A DNA stretch of 64,000 bases from an uncultured Chloroflexia bacterium. Lineage in GTDB: Bacteria; Chloroflexota; Anaerolineae; Aggregatilineales; Phototrophicaceae. Within the stretch, counting starts at the first letter, position 1. Each line of letters opens with the position of its first letter. The notes under the pieces were generated by a model. That model was not told where the DNA came from. It ran no database searches and saw nothing but the letters and a program-made list of their open reading frames with translations. This document shows, piece after piece, positions 18,155 to 27,674 of the stretch. The stretch is taken from NCBI GenBank assembly GCA_963814185.1, contig CAWFCF010000004.1, forward strand, positions 896,358 through 960,357. Reading direction: 5' to 3'. The position numbers and the translations under genes were made by a program.

Positions 18155-18688
18155 ATGAGCAGCGCGAAGGAACTGCAAGATCAGGGCGTCAAGCTGTTTG
18201 ACCAGAAGGAATACGAAGCGGCGGCGCGCACGTTTGCGCAGTCGATGGAGCAGTACGAAGCCGACGGACAGCCGGACATGGCAGCCGAAATGCAGGTCAA
18301 CGTGGGGCTGGTGCATCGCGCGCTGGGCGAGCATCAGCAGGCGCTCGACGCGATGCAGGCAGCGCTGCACGCCTTCCAAACCACCAATGATCGCCTGCGC
18401 ACCGCCATGACGCTGGGCAACATCGGCGGTGTGTATGCGGCGTTGGGCGACAAAGAGCAGGCGTACAACTGTTATCGCAGCGCCGCCGACCTGTTCGACG
18501 AACTGGGCGAGACCAAGATGCACGGCGAGACCATGGTGGCGATGGCGAGCTTGCAGGTGCGCGATGGCAAGCTCTCGATGGGCGCGGCGACCTATGAAGT
18601 CGGCTTGAGCGAGCTGGACGACCTCAGCGCCGGACAAAAAGTCCTGAAGGGGCTGATCGGCGTGCGCAAGAAACTGATGGGCGGCTGA
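18155..18688 (+). CDS. tetratricopeptide-repeat protein
   Basis: 177 aa with repeated A-x-x-x-Y/F...A...ALG-type TPR units (EYEAAARTFAQSMEQY, QQALDAMQAALHAF, KEQAYNCYRSAADLF). Confidence 0.7.
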   Translation: MSSAKELQDQGVKLFDQKEYEAAARTFAQSMEQYEADGQPDMAAEMQVNVGLVHRALGEHQQALDAMQAALHAFQTTNDRLRTAMTLGNIGGVYAALGDKEQAYNCYRSAADLFDELGETKMHGETMVAMASLQVRDGKLSMGAATYEVGLSELDDLSAGQKVLKGLIGVRKKLMGG

Positions 18689-18719
18689 TCTGACTGCATC
18701 GTTATTCAGCCAGCAGCGC

Positions 18720-21046
18720 TTGCGCCTGCTGGTCTTGCTGTTTGTGCTGCTGAGCAGCGTTTATCTGATCACCTACAACGCGCGGATCGAGAGCGGCGAT
18801 ACTCGCCGCTTTTTCGATGCCGTCAGCAGTTTTGCCGATTACGGCGATTTCGACCTCGATCAATCCGCGTGGGCATTTCCGCCGCAGGACTTCGACCCGC
18901 ACCTGAGCTATCCCCTGCAAAGCGCGGACGTGGAGCCGCTGCAAGTGATCCTCGCTTCACCACTTTATCTGCTGGCGCGGGCGATTCCGGGGATCGGGCT
19001 GGTTCAGACCGTCTACCTGTTCAACCTGCTGGTGAGCGCGGCGGCGGGCTGCGTGCTGTTCCTGTACGGGCTGGCACTCGGCTATCAGGAGCGGACGGCG
19101 GCGCTGACGGTGCTAGCGTTCGGAGTTGGCACGGCGATTTTCCCCTACACCAAAACTTTTTTCCGCGAGCCGCTGGTGCTGCTGGCGCTGCTGATCTGCG
19201 GGCTGCTGATCGAGCGGCTGCGGGCGGGCGGCTACCGCTCACTGCCGCTGCTGATCGGCGTCGCGCTGGCGGTGGTCGCGCTGATGCTGGCGAAAGCCTC
19301 GGCGCTGCTGGCGCTCCCGGCGCTGCTGGTGATCGCGCTGCCCGACTTCCGGCTCACGCGCCGCGCGCTGCTGCTGATCGGCTTGATCGGGCTGCTGGCG
19401 GCGGGCGTGTTCGTCGTCCTCAATATGCTGCCGTCTTTCAGCGTGCGCTACGATTTAGCGCGCCTATTCGCGCCGGATTCGGCGTCCTATCTGCTGCCCG
19501 CGCTGCAAGCCTATCTGCTGAGCGTGGGCGGGAGCGTCTGGGGCACATCGCCGATCCTGCTGCTGGCGCTGCCGGGCGTGATTCTGTGGCTGCGCGATCC
19601 GCGTCGCGTCACCCGCTGGCGCTATCCGGTGGCGATTGGGCTGCTGGTGGGCGCGTTCGCGGTCGGCTACGCCGGACTCAACGGCATACACTGGTTCGGC
19701 GGGCTGTCGTGGCCCCGCGCTTTTTGATCCCGGTGCTGCCCTTCGTGATGCTGGCAACGCTGCCCGTATTTGAGCGGATGGAGAAGCAGCCACTCTGGGC
19801 GGCGCTGGGCGCGGCGCTGATGATCTACAGCCTGTGGGTGCAGTTGAGCGGCGTCACGCTGGACTGGAGCGAATACGCCAGTCATCTGCCGCCTGAATCC
19901 GGTGGGCTGATCGAGTGGGGACCCGGCTTGAACGACCTGCGCTACCTGCGCTGGGTGATCATCCCGTCGCTCTGGGGCACGATTCCGCTGGACATCGCGT
20001 GGACGATCATCGGCGTGCCGGGCATGATGATCGGCTTCGCGGCGCTGGCGCTGGCATCGGGCGCGGCGCTGATTCGCGGGCTGCGGAGCAGGCTGGTTTA
20101 CCTGCTGCCGCTGGCGCTGATCGTGCTGATTGGGATCGGGCTGCACCTGCTGTACCTCAACGACCCGCGCTATCTGTCCGGCGACCAGACGCTCTACGCG
20201 ATGCTGCCGATCCTCGACGCCGAAACCGACCCCGGCGACGTGATTCTGCTCAGCAGCCCGCGCTACGAGCCGTTCTTCTCCAATGCGGGCAAGCTCAACG
20301 GGGCGGGGCGGGTGATTACGCTGCCCTTGCAGCCGGGCGAGACCCCCAGCCCGGAGTCGCCGCCGCTGGTTCGCTCGGACGACCCGGCGGCGCTGCTGAC
20401 CAACCCGACCATTCAGTTGATCTACAACCTCGCCGCGACTCGAAGCCGCTTGTGGCTGCTGGTCAACGGCGGACCCGATCTCACGTGGGACGTGCGCCCG
20501 GTCGAGCGCTTCATGGACTCACATTATTATCCGATCCGCACGCTGGCGACCGGACCGGAAACCCGGCTGATCGAGTACAGCACGATCAGCGCGCCGGACA
20601 TGTTTGCCTTCCGCCAGCCCGATCACCTGACCGATCTCGCCTTCGACAGTCACATTCGGCTGGTCGGCTACGATCTGCCCGGCGGCGCGGATTATGTGGC
20701 GGGCGGGGTGGTCGCTTTATCCACCTACTGGACGACTGATACGCTGCTGGCGGGCAGCGACACCATCGGCGTGTACCTGCGGGATGCGAACGGCGCGGCG
20801 GTCGCTCAGGTGGACGATCGGCCGGGCGGCGGCTTCTTCCCGACTAATCAATGGCAGCCGGGCGTCCCGGTGTGGGACAACCGCGCGATTCGGCTGCCCG
20901 ACGATCTCCCGCCGGGCGACTACCAACTGTGGATCAAGCTGTACGACTTCGGGCAGGATCAAACCGTCCACGATCTGCCGGTTACCAGCGGCGATAAAAT
21001 TGACGACAGCATCGGCGTGCTGCCAGTGACGCTGCACGTCAGGTAA
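18720..21046 (+). pseudogene. polytopic membrane protein, GT-C/ArnT-like putative glycosyltransferase with C-terminal extracytoplasmic domain (paralogue A), frameshifted as sequenced
   Basis: ORF 18720..19727 (many TM helices) ends at ...WFGGLSWPRAF*. The +2 frame (part of ORF 18869..21046) continues APRFLIPVLPFVMLATLP.... One G is missing at 19710-19716. Length is 3n+2. Confidence 0.6.
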
Positions 21047-21108
21047 GGACGGACGGTGATCGTCGCGTCCAATCCATCATGCTTTCTGGAACTCAAAGGA
21101 TAATTTGG

Positions 21109-21534
21109 ATGACTCAGGTCAAACACTACGACGACGCGGCGCAGCGCGAAATCCTCGAACATGCCCGCGTGATCGCCGTCGTCGGCTACTCGGACGATCC
21201 CAGCCGCACCAGCAACCAGATCGGGCGCTTTCTCAAGAACGCGGGCTACAAGGTCTATGCGGTCAACCCGACTGCCGAGACGGTGGATGGCGAGAAAGCC
21301 TATCGGACGCTGGCGGACGTGCCGGAGCCGATTGACATCGTGGACGTGTTCCGCCGCTCGGAGTTTCTGCCGGGCGTGGTGGATGACGCGATTGCGGTCG
21401 GCGCGAAAGTGGTCTGGGCGCAGTTGGGCGTCTCCGACGAGGCAGCCGCTCAAAAAGGCGAGCAAGCCGGGCTGAAGGTGATCATGGATACCTGCATCAA
21501 GGTGTCGTATCAGCGGGTGCAGCCGAAGCGCTAG
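21109..21534 (+). CDS. CoA-binding domain protein (YccU/YneT-like)
   Basis: VIAVVGYSDDPSRTSNQIGRFLKNAGYKVYAVNP...IDIVDVFRRSE. The start is taken at ATG 21109 (AAGGA SD). Confidence 0.75.
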   Translation: MTQVKHYDDAAQREILEHARVIAVVGYSDDPSRTSNQIGRFLKNAGYKVYAVNPTAETVDGEKAYRTLADVPEPIDIVDVFRRSEFLPGVVDDAIAVGAKVVWAQLGVSDEAAAQKGEQAGLKVIMDTCIKVSYQRVQPKR

Positions 21535-22922
21535 TGCCCGACCACCGCGTGCTTGTCGGCGTCGCTCATGAGCGGGTGCTGCACCAGCGCGACTTTGTAC
21601 TCGACCGCGTTCCATAGAATCGGCGCGACGAGGATCAGGGTTAGCAGGATCAGCAGGATTCGGGCGCGGGGTTGCCACGCCCCCAGCCGATCCCAGAGCC
21701 ACACCAACGGATCGCTCGCCAGCACGCACAGCGGCGGCAGGAACAGCAGCAGAAAGCGCGGATCGTAGGACGCGAACGCCCACCACGCCGCGAAGAACGG
21801 CAGTGTCCACCCCAGCAGCAGACTCACGCCCAGATCGCGCCGCCGCACCGCCGGGATCGCCGCGATCACGCCGAAAACCAGCAGCCAGCCGGGCAGCCCA
21901 AAATCCTGCGGGCGGGTCACGAACACCAACGCCGTGCTCAGCGTCCGCTGCGCTTGATCGACCCACGCGGTCGCCGGGATGATGAAACCCGCGCCGATCT
22001 GGTTGCGCAGGTACCAGGGCGCGGCGACAACGGCGCCGGCGATCAGGCTGAGCGCCGCCGCGCGCCAGCCGATCCGCCGCGTGATCCAGCACCAGACCAG
22101 CCACACAGTCAGCAGCGGGACGCCGATCAGCGCGGCGTTTTTCGTCCATGCCGCCAATCCGACCAGCGTGCCCGCCAGCACCGCGTCCCGCGCGCGGCGC
22201 GACTCCCACAGCCGCAGCGCGAAAATCAGCGCCAGCGTATAGAAAAACGCCATCGGCAGATCGACGTAGCCGGAGGACGCCCAGCGGATGAAGAAGGTCG
22301 TCAGGGCGAGGATCAGCGCCGCCAGCCAGCCGACTCGCGCGTCCTCCCGAAGCTGCACACCCAGCAGGTAAGCCGCCGGGATACAGGCGAGGCTGAGCAG
22401 GGTGGCGATAGTCTTGGCGAGGTACTGGTTTTCCCAACCCGCCGCGAAATAGGCGTAGCTGTAGCTGAGCGGGATCAGCACCGGGTAGGCGCGGTAGAGG
22501 CTGTCCGCGCCGGTCAGCGGCACCAGCGCGCCGGTCTGGTAGATGGCGTCGGCGGCGGGCTGATAGATGCTGAGCGCGTCGTCGCGGAAGAAGGGCCAGT
22601 AGGCGCCGTTGAACAGCACCGCCGCGCTGATCGCCAGCAGAATTAGCAACGCGAAGCGCCGATCCCATGAAGTCGGAAAATGCGGGCGTGCCAGCTTAAT
22701 CCGCCACCAACCGGGCAGCATCAGCGCGAAATAGGGCAGGGCGATGCCGAGCAGCGTCAGCCGAACGCCGAGCAGACTCTCCCAGAGCATGAGCAGGGTC
22801 AGCGCGCCGATGCTGATCGCCAAGCCGAGCAGGACGGTCAGCCAGCCCGACTGATTCAGCAGCCGCGCCGACCAGCCGTACCCGGCGCAAAGCGTGAGGG
22901 CGACCAGCAGCCAGCCGATCAT
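21531..22922 (-). CDS. polytopic membrane protein, GT-C/ArnT-like putative glycosyltransferase (paralogue B)
   Basis: 463 aa with about 12 TM helices. First-loop acidic motif WPFFRDDALSIY, then AWTKNAAL. Confidence 0.55.
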   Translation of the reverse strand: MIGWLLVALTLCAGYGWSARLLNQSGWLTVLLGLAISIGALTLLMLWESLLGVRLTLLGIALPYFALMLPGWWRIKLARPHFPTSWDRRFALLILLAISAAVLFNGAYWPFFRDDALSIYQPAADAIYQTGALVPLTGADSLYRAYPVLIPLSYSYAYFAAGWENQYLAKTIATLLSLACIPAAYLLGVQLREDARVGWLAALILALTTFFIRWASSGYVDLPMAFFYTLALIFALRLWESRRARDAVLAGTLVGLAAWTKNAALIGVPLLTVWLVWCWITRRIGWRAAALSLIAGAVVAAPWYLRNQIGAGFIIPATAWVDQAQRTLSTALVFVTRPQDFGLPGWLLVFGVIAAIPAVRRRDLGVSLLLGWTLPFFAAWWAFASYDPRFLLLFLPPLCVLASDPLVWLWDRLGAWQPRARILLILLTLILVAPILWNAVEYKVALVQHPLMSDADKHAVVGH

Positions 22923-22929
22923 GTTGACA

Positions 22930-23886
22930 TCAGCCGACCGCGTGCGGGAGCGGCTGACCGCTTACCCCGGCGATCAGGTTATCGACGGCGATCTGCGCCA
23001 TTTTGCCGCGCGTGCCCACGGTCGCGCTGCCGACGTGGGGCACCACGATCACGTTGGGGAGCGTCAGCAGCGGATCGTCGGCGGGCAGCGGCTCAGGATC
23101 GGTTACGTCCAGCGCCGCACCAGCGATCACGCCGCTGGTGAGCGCCGCGTAGAGCGCGGCTTGATCCACGACCGGTCCGCGCGTGGTGTTGATCAGGATG
23201 GCGCTCGGCTTCATCTGCGCCAGCGTCTCCCGGTTGATCAGGTGGCGGGTCTCGTGCGTCAGCGGGCAGTGGAGCGAGACGAAATCGGCTTGACGCAGCA
23301 GATCGCCCAGTTCGACCGGCTGCACGCCGCTGGCTGCCGCTTCCGCGCCGGTGAGGTTTGGGCTGGCGGCGAGGATGTGCATGTCGAAGCCCGCCGCGCG
23401 CCGGGCGACGGCTCTGCCGATGCGTCCAAAGCCGACGATGCCGAGGGTCGCCCCGGTCAGGTCCTGACCGAGCAGCGCAGTCGGCTTCCACGTGATCCAC
23501 TGACCGTCTTGAATGTAGCGGACGCCTTCCAGTAGGCGGCGCGCCGCCGCCAGCAGCAGCGCGAAGGCGAGATCGGCGGTGGTTTCGGTCAGCACGCCGG
23601 GCGTGTTGCCGACGATGATCCCGCGCTCGCGGGCGGCGCGCAGGTCGATGTTATCGTAGCCCACCGCCATCTGACTGATCACCTTCAACTGCGCGCCCGC
23701 CGCGTCCATCAGCGCGCCGTCGATGCGGTCGGTGAGCATACAGAGCAAGCCCTCGACGCCGCGCACGCGCTCGGTCAAGTCCGGGTAGGGTGGCGGGGAA
23801 TCCTCCTGCCAGATGTCCACCTCAAACTGGTCATTCAGGCGTTCAAGTCCGGGGATCATGCGGGTGACGAAGATTTTCGGCTTCAT
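22930..23886 (-). CDS. D-2-hydroxyacid dehydrogenase / glyoxylate-hydroxypyruvate reductase-like
   Basis: ORF 22930..24078 trimmed to ATG 23886 (MKPKIFVTR). NAD motif LGIVGFGRIGRAVARR, and C-terminal VVPHVGSATVGTR. Confidence 0.8.
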   Translation of the reverse strand: MKPKIFVTRMIPGLERLNDQFEVDIWQEDSPPPYPDLTERVRGVEGLLCMLTDRIDGALMDAAGAQLKVISQMAVGYDNIDLRAARERGIIVGNTPGVLTETTADLAFALLLAAARRLLEGVRYIQDGQWITWKPTALLGQDLTGATLGIVGFGRIGRAVARRAAGFDMHILAASPNLTGAEAAASGVQPVELGDLLRQADFVSLHCPLTHETRHLINRETLAQMKPSAILINTTRGPVVDQAALYAALTSGVIAGAALDVTDPEPLPADDPLLTLPNVIVVPHVGSATVGTRGKMAQIAVDNLIAGVSGQPLPHAVG

Positions 23887-23985
23887 GGCGAACCTTTCGA
23901 GCAGGCGGTAACTATACCACAGGTTCGGGGTAGTATATGCGCGGCTTTGGTCTAGAATCGTGCCGATGATCGAGGGGAAAGAGAT

Positions 23986-25780
23986 ATGTTGAGTCGGCGA
24001 GCATGGCTGCTGACGCTTCCGGCGCTGCTCCTGCTGATGTTCCTGCTGCTGCGGGTCGCGTGGGGAACGTCCATGCACCCCGACGAGACGCTGGTCTACC
24101 AGTTCACGCGCTACGACCTCCCCTACACCGTGCGCTATCTAGGCGAGCAGGACGTTCACCCGCCGCTCTGGTTCAGCTTCTTCTGGGTGTGGCGGCATCT
24201 GGCGGGCGACAGCGAGTTCGCCGGGCGGATGCAGGCGCTCCTGTTCAGCCTGATCACGCTGGCGATGACCTACCGCATCGGGCGCGACTGGTTCGGCAAA
24301 GCCCGCTACGGCTTATTTTCGCTGGCGATCCTCGGCGTCAGCGCTTATTTCCTCGACTACGCGCTGGAAATTCGCCCTTACGCGCTGGTGATGCTGCTGG
24401 CGGCGGTCTCGATGGGACTGTTCGCGCGCTGGATCAAGCGCGGCACGTGGCGGCTGGCGGTCGCATACGGCGTGGTCACGGCGATCATGTTTTACGTCCA
24501 TTACTTTCTGGCGTTTCTGGTCGTCGTCCAAATCCTCTACTTCCTGCTCAGCCGTCCCTCACGCCGCCTGCTGACTCAGGGGATCGGCGCGGCGGCGCTG
24601 GCGTTCGTGCTCTGGCTGCCGTGGCTGCCCTCGTTCCTGAATCAGGTGGGCGTGCTGCGGGGGCTGGCGCAGCAGGCGGGGCAGAGCTACGGGCTGAACA
24701 TGGGCACGCCCGCCACCACTCAGGCGACCAACCTCGACACCGCGTTCAAGCTGGCGCAGCTTGCGACCAACGGGCAAGTCCTGCTTTATGGGCTGGCGCT
24801 GGTGATCGGGATCGCGCTGTTCTGGCGCAAGCCGCGTTATCGGCTGGCGCTGCTGTGGGCGCTGGGAGTCCCGGCGGTGGCGCTGGCGGCGAACATGCTG
24901 CTGGCGGTCTATTCGCAGCGCTACGTCTCCTATCTGGCGGTCGGGCTGGCGCTGACGCTGGGCGCGGCGCTGGCGGCGCTCCCCCTGCGTGATCTGGCGC
25001 TCACCGCTTTCGCCGCCGTGAGCCTGTGGCAGGCGCCTGCGTGGCTGCCGGTGCGCGTCCCCTTCCGCGATCTGTACGCGCAGGTTTCGGCGCAGGGGCA
25101 GGCGGGCGACGCGGTGCTGTACGCCCCGGCGAGCAGCTACGAGCAGTTCATGCAGTGGGAGCAGCAGCAGTATCTCGCGCCGCAGGTCGCCGCCGGAGCG
25201 ACCACCGACCTCGATCAGGCGCAGGCGGCGCGTCGAGTCTGGTTCATGACCGGAGACTGGTTCGATCCGGCGGTGCAGGCGCAGTTCCATGCGCTTGAGC
25301 CGACTCATCCGGTGCAGCAGGTGATCGGTCAATGCCCGGAGCGCGGCTGGTGCTATTTGGCGCAGTTGATGGAAGCGCCGCCGCTGACCGAGCCGCAGCG
25401 TTTCGGCGTGAACATGGACTTCTGGGGCGCGGACATCATCGACCAGACCGGTATACCAACTCACGGCGCATCTGTGGTGGCGGGTCGAGCAGGCGCCCAG
25501 CCTCGACTACTCGATCAGCCTGCGGCTGATTGCGCGCGACGGGACGCTGGTCGCGCAGAAGGACGGCCCGATTGACCACTACGGCGCGCAGGTCGTGCAG
25601 ACCTCGCAGCTTGAGCCGGGTAAGATTTACATCGACTGGCGCACGCTCGACCTGCCGCCCAACCTCGCGCCCGGCGCGTACCGGCTCGACTTGGTGGTCT
25701 ATCAATCGTGGGATAACACCCGCCTGACGCTGCCGGACGGCTCGGATTCGTTAACGCTCTATACATTCAGCCGGGACTAA
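23986..25780 (+). pseudogene. polytopic membrane protein, GT39/ArnT-like putative glycosyltransferase with C-terminal extracytoplasmic domain (paralogue C), frameshifted as sequenced
   Basis: N-terminal HPDET loop motif and many TM helices. Frame switch near 25441-25452: ...FWGADIIDQ / PVYQLTAHLWWRVEQAPSLDYSISLRLIARDG..., ending with ORF 25595..25780. Length is 3n+1. Confidence 0.6.
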
Positions 25781-25808
25781 GCTAAAATATACAGGTTTCC
25801 TGTAGATT

Positions 25809-25863
25809 AGACCAAATTGGCGTTACTTGGTCTGCTGATGTTTGCATTAGGATAGATTGGTCT
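25809..25863. promoter_or_regulatory. candidate operator: AGACCAA-N11-TTGGTCT inverted repeat plus a third TTGGTCT half-site
   Basis: AGACCAA 25809-25815, TTGGTCT 25827-25833, TTGGTCT 25857-25863. The outer two sites are each preceded by TAGATT. They lie immediately upstream of or over the ABC exporter start. Confidence 0.35.
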
Positions 25864-27665
25864 CCCAATCACCCTCAGGTAAAGGAATGGCTTCCGAATT
25901 TATCGCGCGTCGGTCGTTTCATACTGACCACAGCAGTCCAGTCCGTTTTGTCATTTCCCACATCCGTCGTCACTGGGTATTCGGGATCACGATGGTGGCG
26001 GGCGCCTTCTGCAACGCGGCACTGGCGACGGCGGTGCCGTATTACGTCGGCATCGCGTTCAACGCCATCACCGGGGGACAGGGGCTAGCGGCGGTTCTGC
26101 CGATGGCGTTCGCCATCATCGGGTCGCAGCTTCTGCGCGGCGGCTTGCAGTTGATGCGTAACTGCTCCGCCGAGGTATTCGCGCAGCGCATCGAGCGCGA
26201 CGTGCGGGACGAACTCTACGCCAGCTTGCTGGGCAAGAGCATGTCCTTCCACGACACGCAGCCCGTCGGCGAGATCATGGCGCGCGTCAGCAACGACGTG
26301 CGCGAAATGAACTTCATGATGAATCCGGGCATGAACATGCTGGTCGGGTCGGGGATGTTCCTGATCGCACCGATGATCGCCGCGCCGCGCATGTATCCCC
26401 CGCTGATCATCGCGCCTGCGATCTTCGTGTGCGTCTACGTGATCGTGCAGGTGCGCTACACCCGCTTGCTCAGCCCGGTGGCGCAGGATGTGCGCGCCAG
26501 CTTCGGGCGCATGAACGCCAGCGTCGCCGAAACCCTCGACGGCTTGCAGGTGGTCAAGGGCGCGGCGAAAGAGGACTTCGAGCGCAGCAAATTCAGCCGT
26601 CTAGTGGACGAAGTTCGCAATTTCACGGTCAAGCAGGGCGACATCGAAGCGGTGTACCTGCCGATTCTGCTGCTCGGCTTGGTGATCTTCGGCGGCTTCA
26701 CCCACGCGGTGTATCTGTACCAGCAGGGCTTGATCCCGATTGGCACGGTGATCGCCTTCAACGGGCAGCTTGCGCTGTTCGGCTTCCCGGTGATGTCGTC
26801 GCTGTTCTCCTACTCGCAGATCGCCAGCGGCATCGCCAGTGCCAAGCGCATCCTGTCGATCATCAACATCGAAACGCCGCTCGACCAGAACGTGAACGGC
26901 TACGACCAGCCGATCAAGGGGCAGGTCGATTTCGATCACGTCAATTTTGGCTACGCGACCGGGCACACGCAGGTGCTGCACGACATCACTTTCACCATCG
27001 AAGCGGGCAAGACCGTCGCCATCGTCGGGCAGACCGGCACCGGCAAGACCACGATCACCAAGCTGATCAACCGTACCTACGACGTGAACGAGGGGCGAGT
27101 GCTGGTCGATGGCGTGGACGTGCGCGACTGGAAATTGGCGTCGCTGCGCTCGCAGATCAGCATCATCGAGCAGGATATTTTCCTGTTCAGCCGCACGATT
27201 GCCGACAACATTCGCTTTGGCAGACCGGACGCCACGCTAGAAGAAGTCGAGGACGCGGCGCGCAAGGCGCAGGCGCACGAATTCATCCTCAGCTTCCCGC
27301 AGGGCTACCAGACCGTGATCGGGCAGCGCGGCGTGACCCTCAGCGGCGGTCAGCGGCAGCGCTTGGCGCTGGCACGCGCCTTCGTCACCAACCCGCCGAT
27401 CTTGATACTGGACGACAGCACCAGCGCCATCGACAGCGCCACCGAGGACGAAATCCAGAAAGCCATCTGGTCGGCGGCGAAGGGACGCACTACCATCCTG
27501 ATCACGCACCGCCTGTCGCAAATCCGCTGGGCGGATCACATCGTCGTGCTGCGGCAGGGACGGGTGGTCGCGCAGGGCACGCACGATGAGCTTCTGCGCA
27601 CGTCCGACGCCTATCGACGGATTTTCGCGCGCTACGAAGAACCGGAACGCGCGGCTAACGCTTAA
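25857..27665 (+). CDS. ABC exporter, fused permease/ATPase subunit 1 of a heterodimer
   Basis: Six-TM N-domain, Walker A GQTGTGKTT, signature LSGGQRQRLALAR, Walker B ILILDD. Alternative start ATG 25887. Confidence 0.85.
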   Translation: MVSQSPSGKGMASEFIARRSFHTDHSSPVRFVISHIRRHWVFGITMVAGAFCNAALATAVPYYVGIAFNAITGGQGLAAVLPMAFAIIGSQLLRGGLQLMRNCSAEVFAQRIERDVRDELYASLLGKSMSFHDTQPVGEIMARVSNDVREMNFMMNPGMNMLVGSGMFLIAPMIAAPRMYPPLIIAPAIFVCVYVIVQVRYTRLLSPVAQDVRASFGRMNASVAETLDGLQVVKGAAKEDFERSKFSRLVDEVRNFTVKQGDIEAVYLPILLLGLVIFGGFTHAVYLYQQGLIPIGTVIAFNGQLALFGFPVMSSLFSYSQIASGIASAKRILSIINIETPLDQNVNGYDQPIKGQVDFDHVNFGYATGHTQVLHDITFTIEAGKTVAIVGQTGTGKTTITKLINRTYDVNEGRVLVDGVDVRDWKLASLRSQISIIEQDIFLFSRTIADNIRFGRPDATLEEVEDAARKAQAHEFILSFPQGYQTVIGQRGVTLSGGQRQRLALARAFVTNPPILILDDSTSAIDSATEDEIQKAIWSAAKGRTTILITHRLSQIRWADHIVVLRQGRVVAQGTHDELLRTSDAYRRIFARYEEPERAANA

Positions 27666-27674
27666 GAGGGAAAC

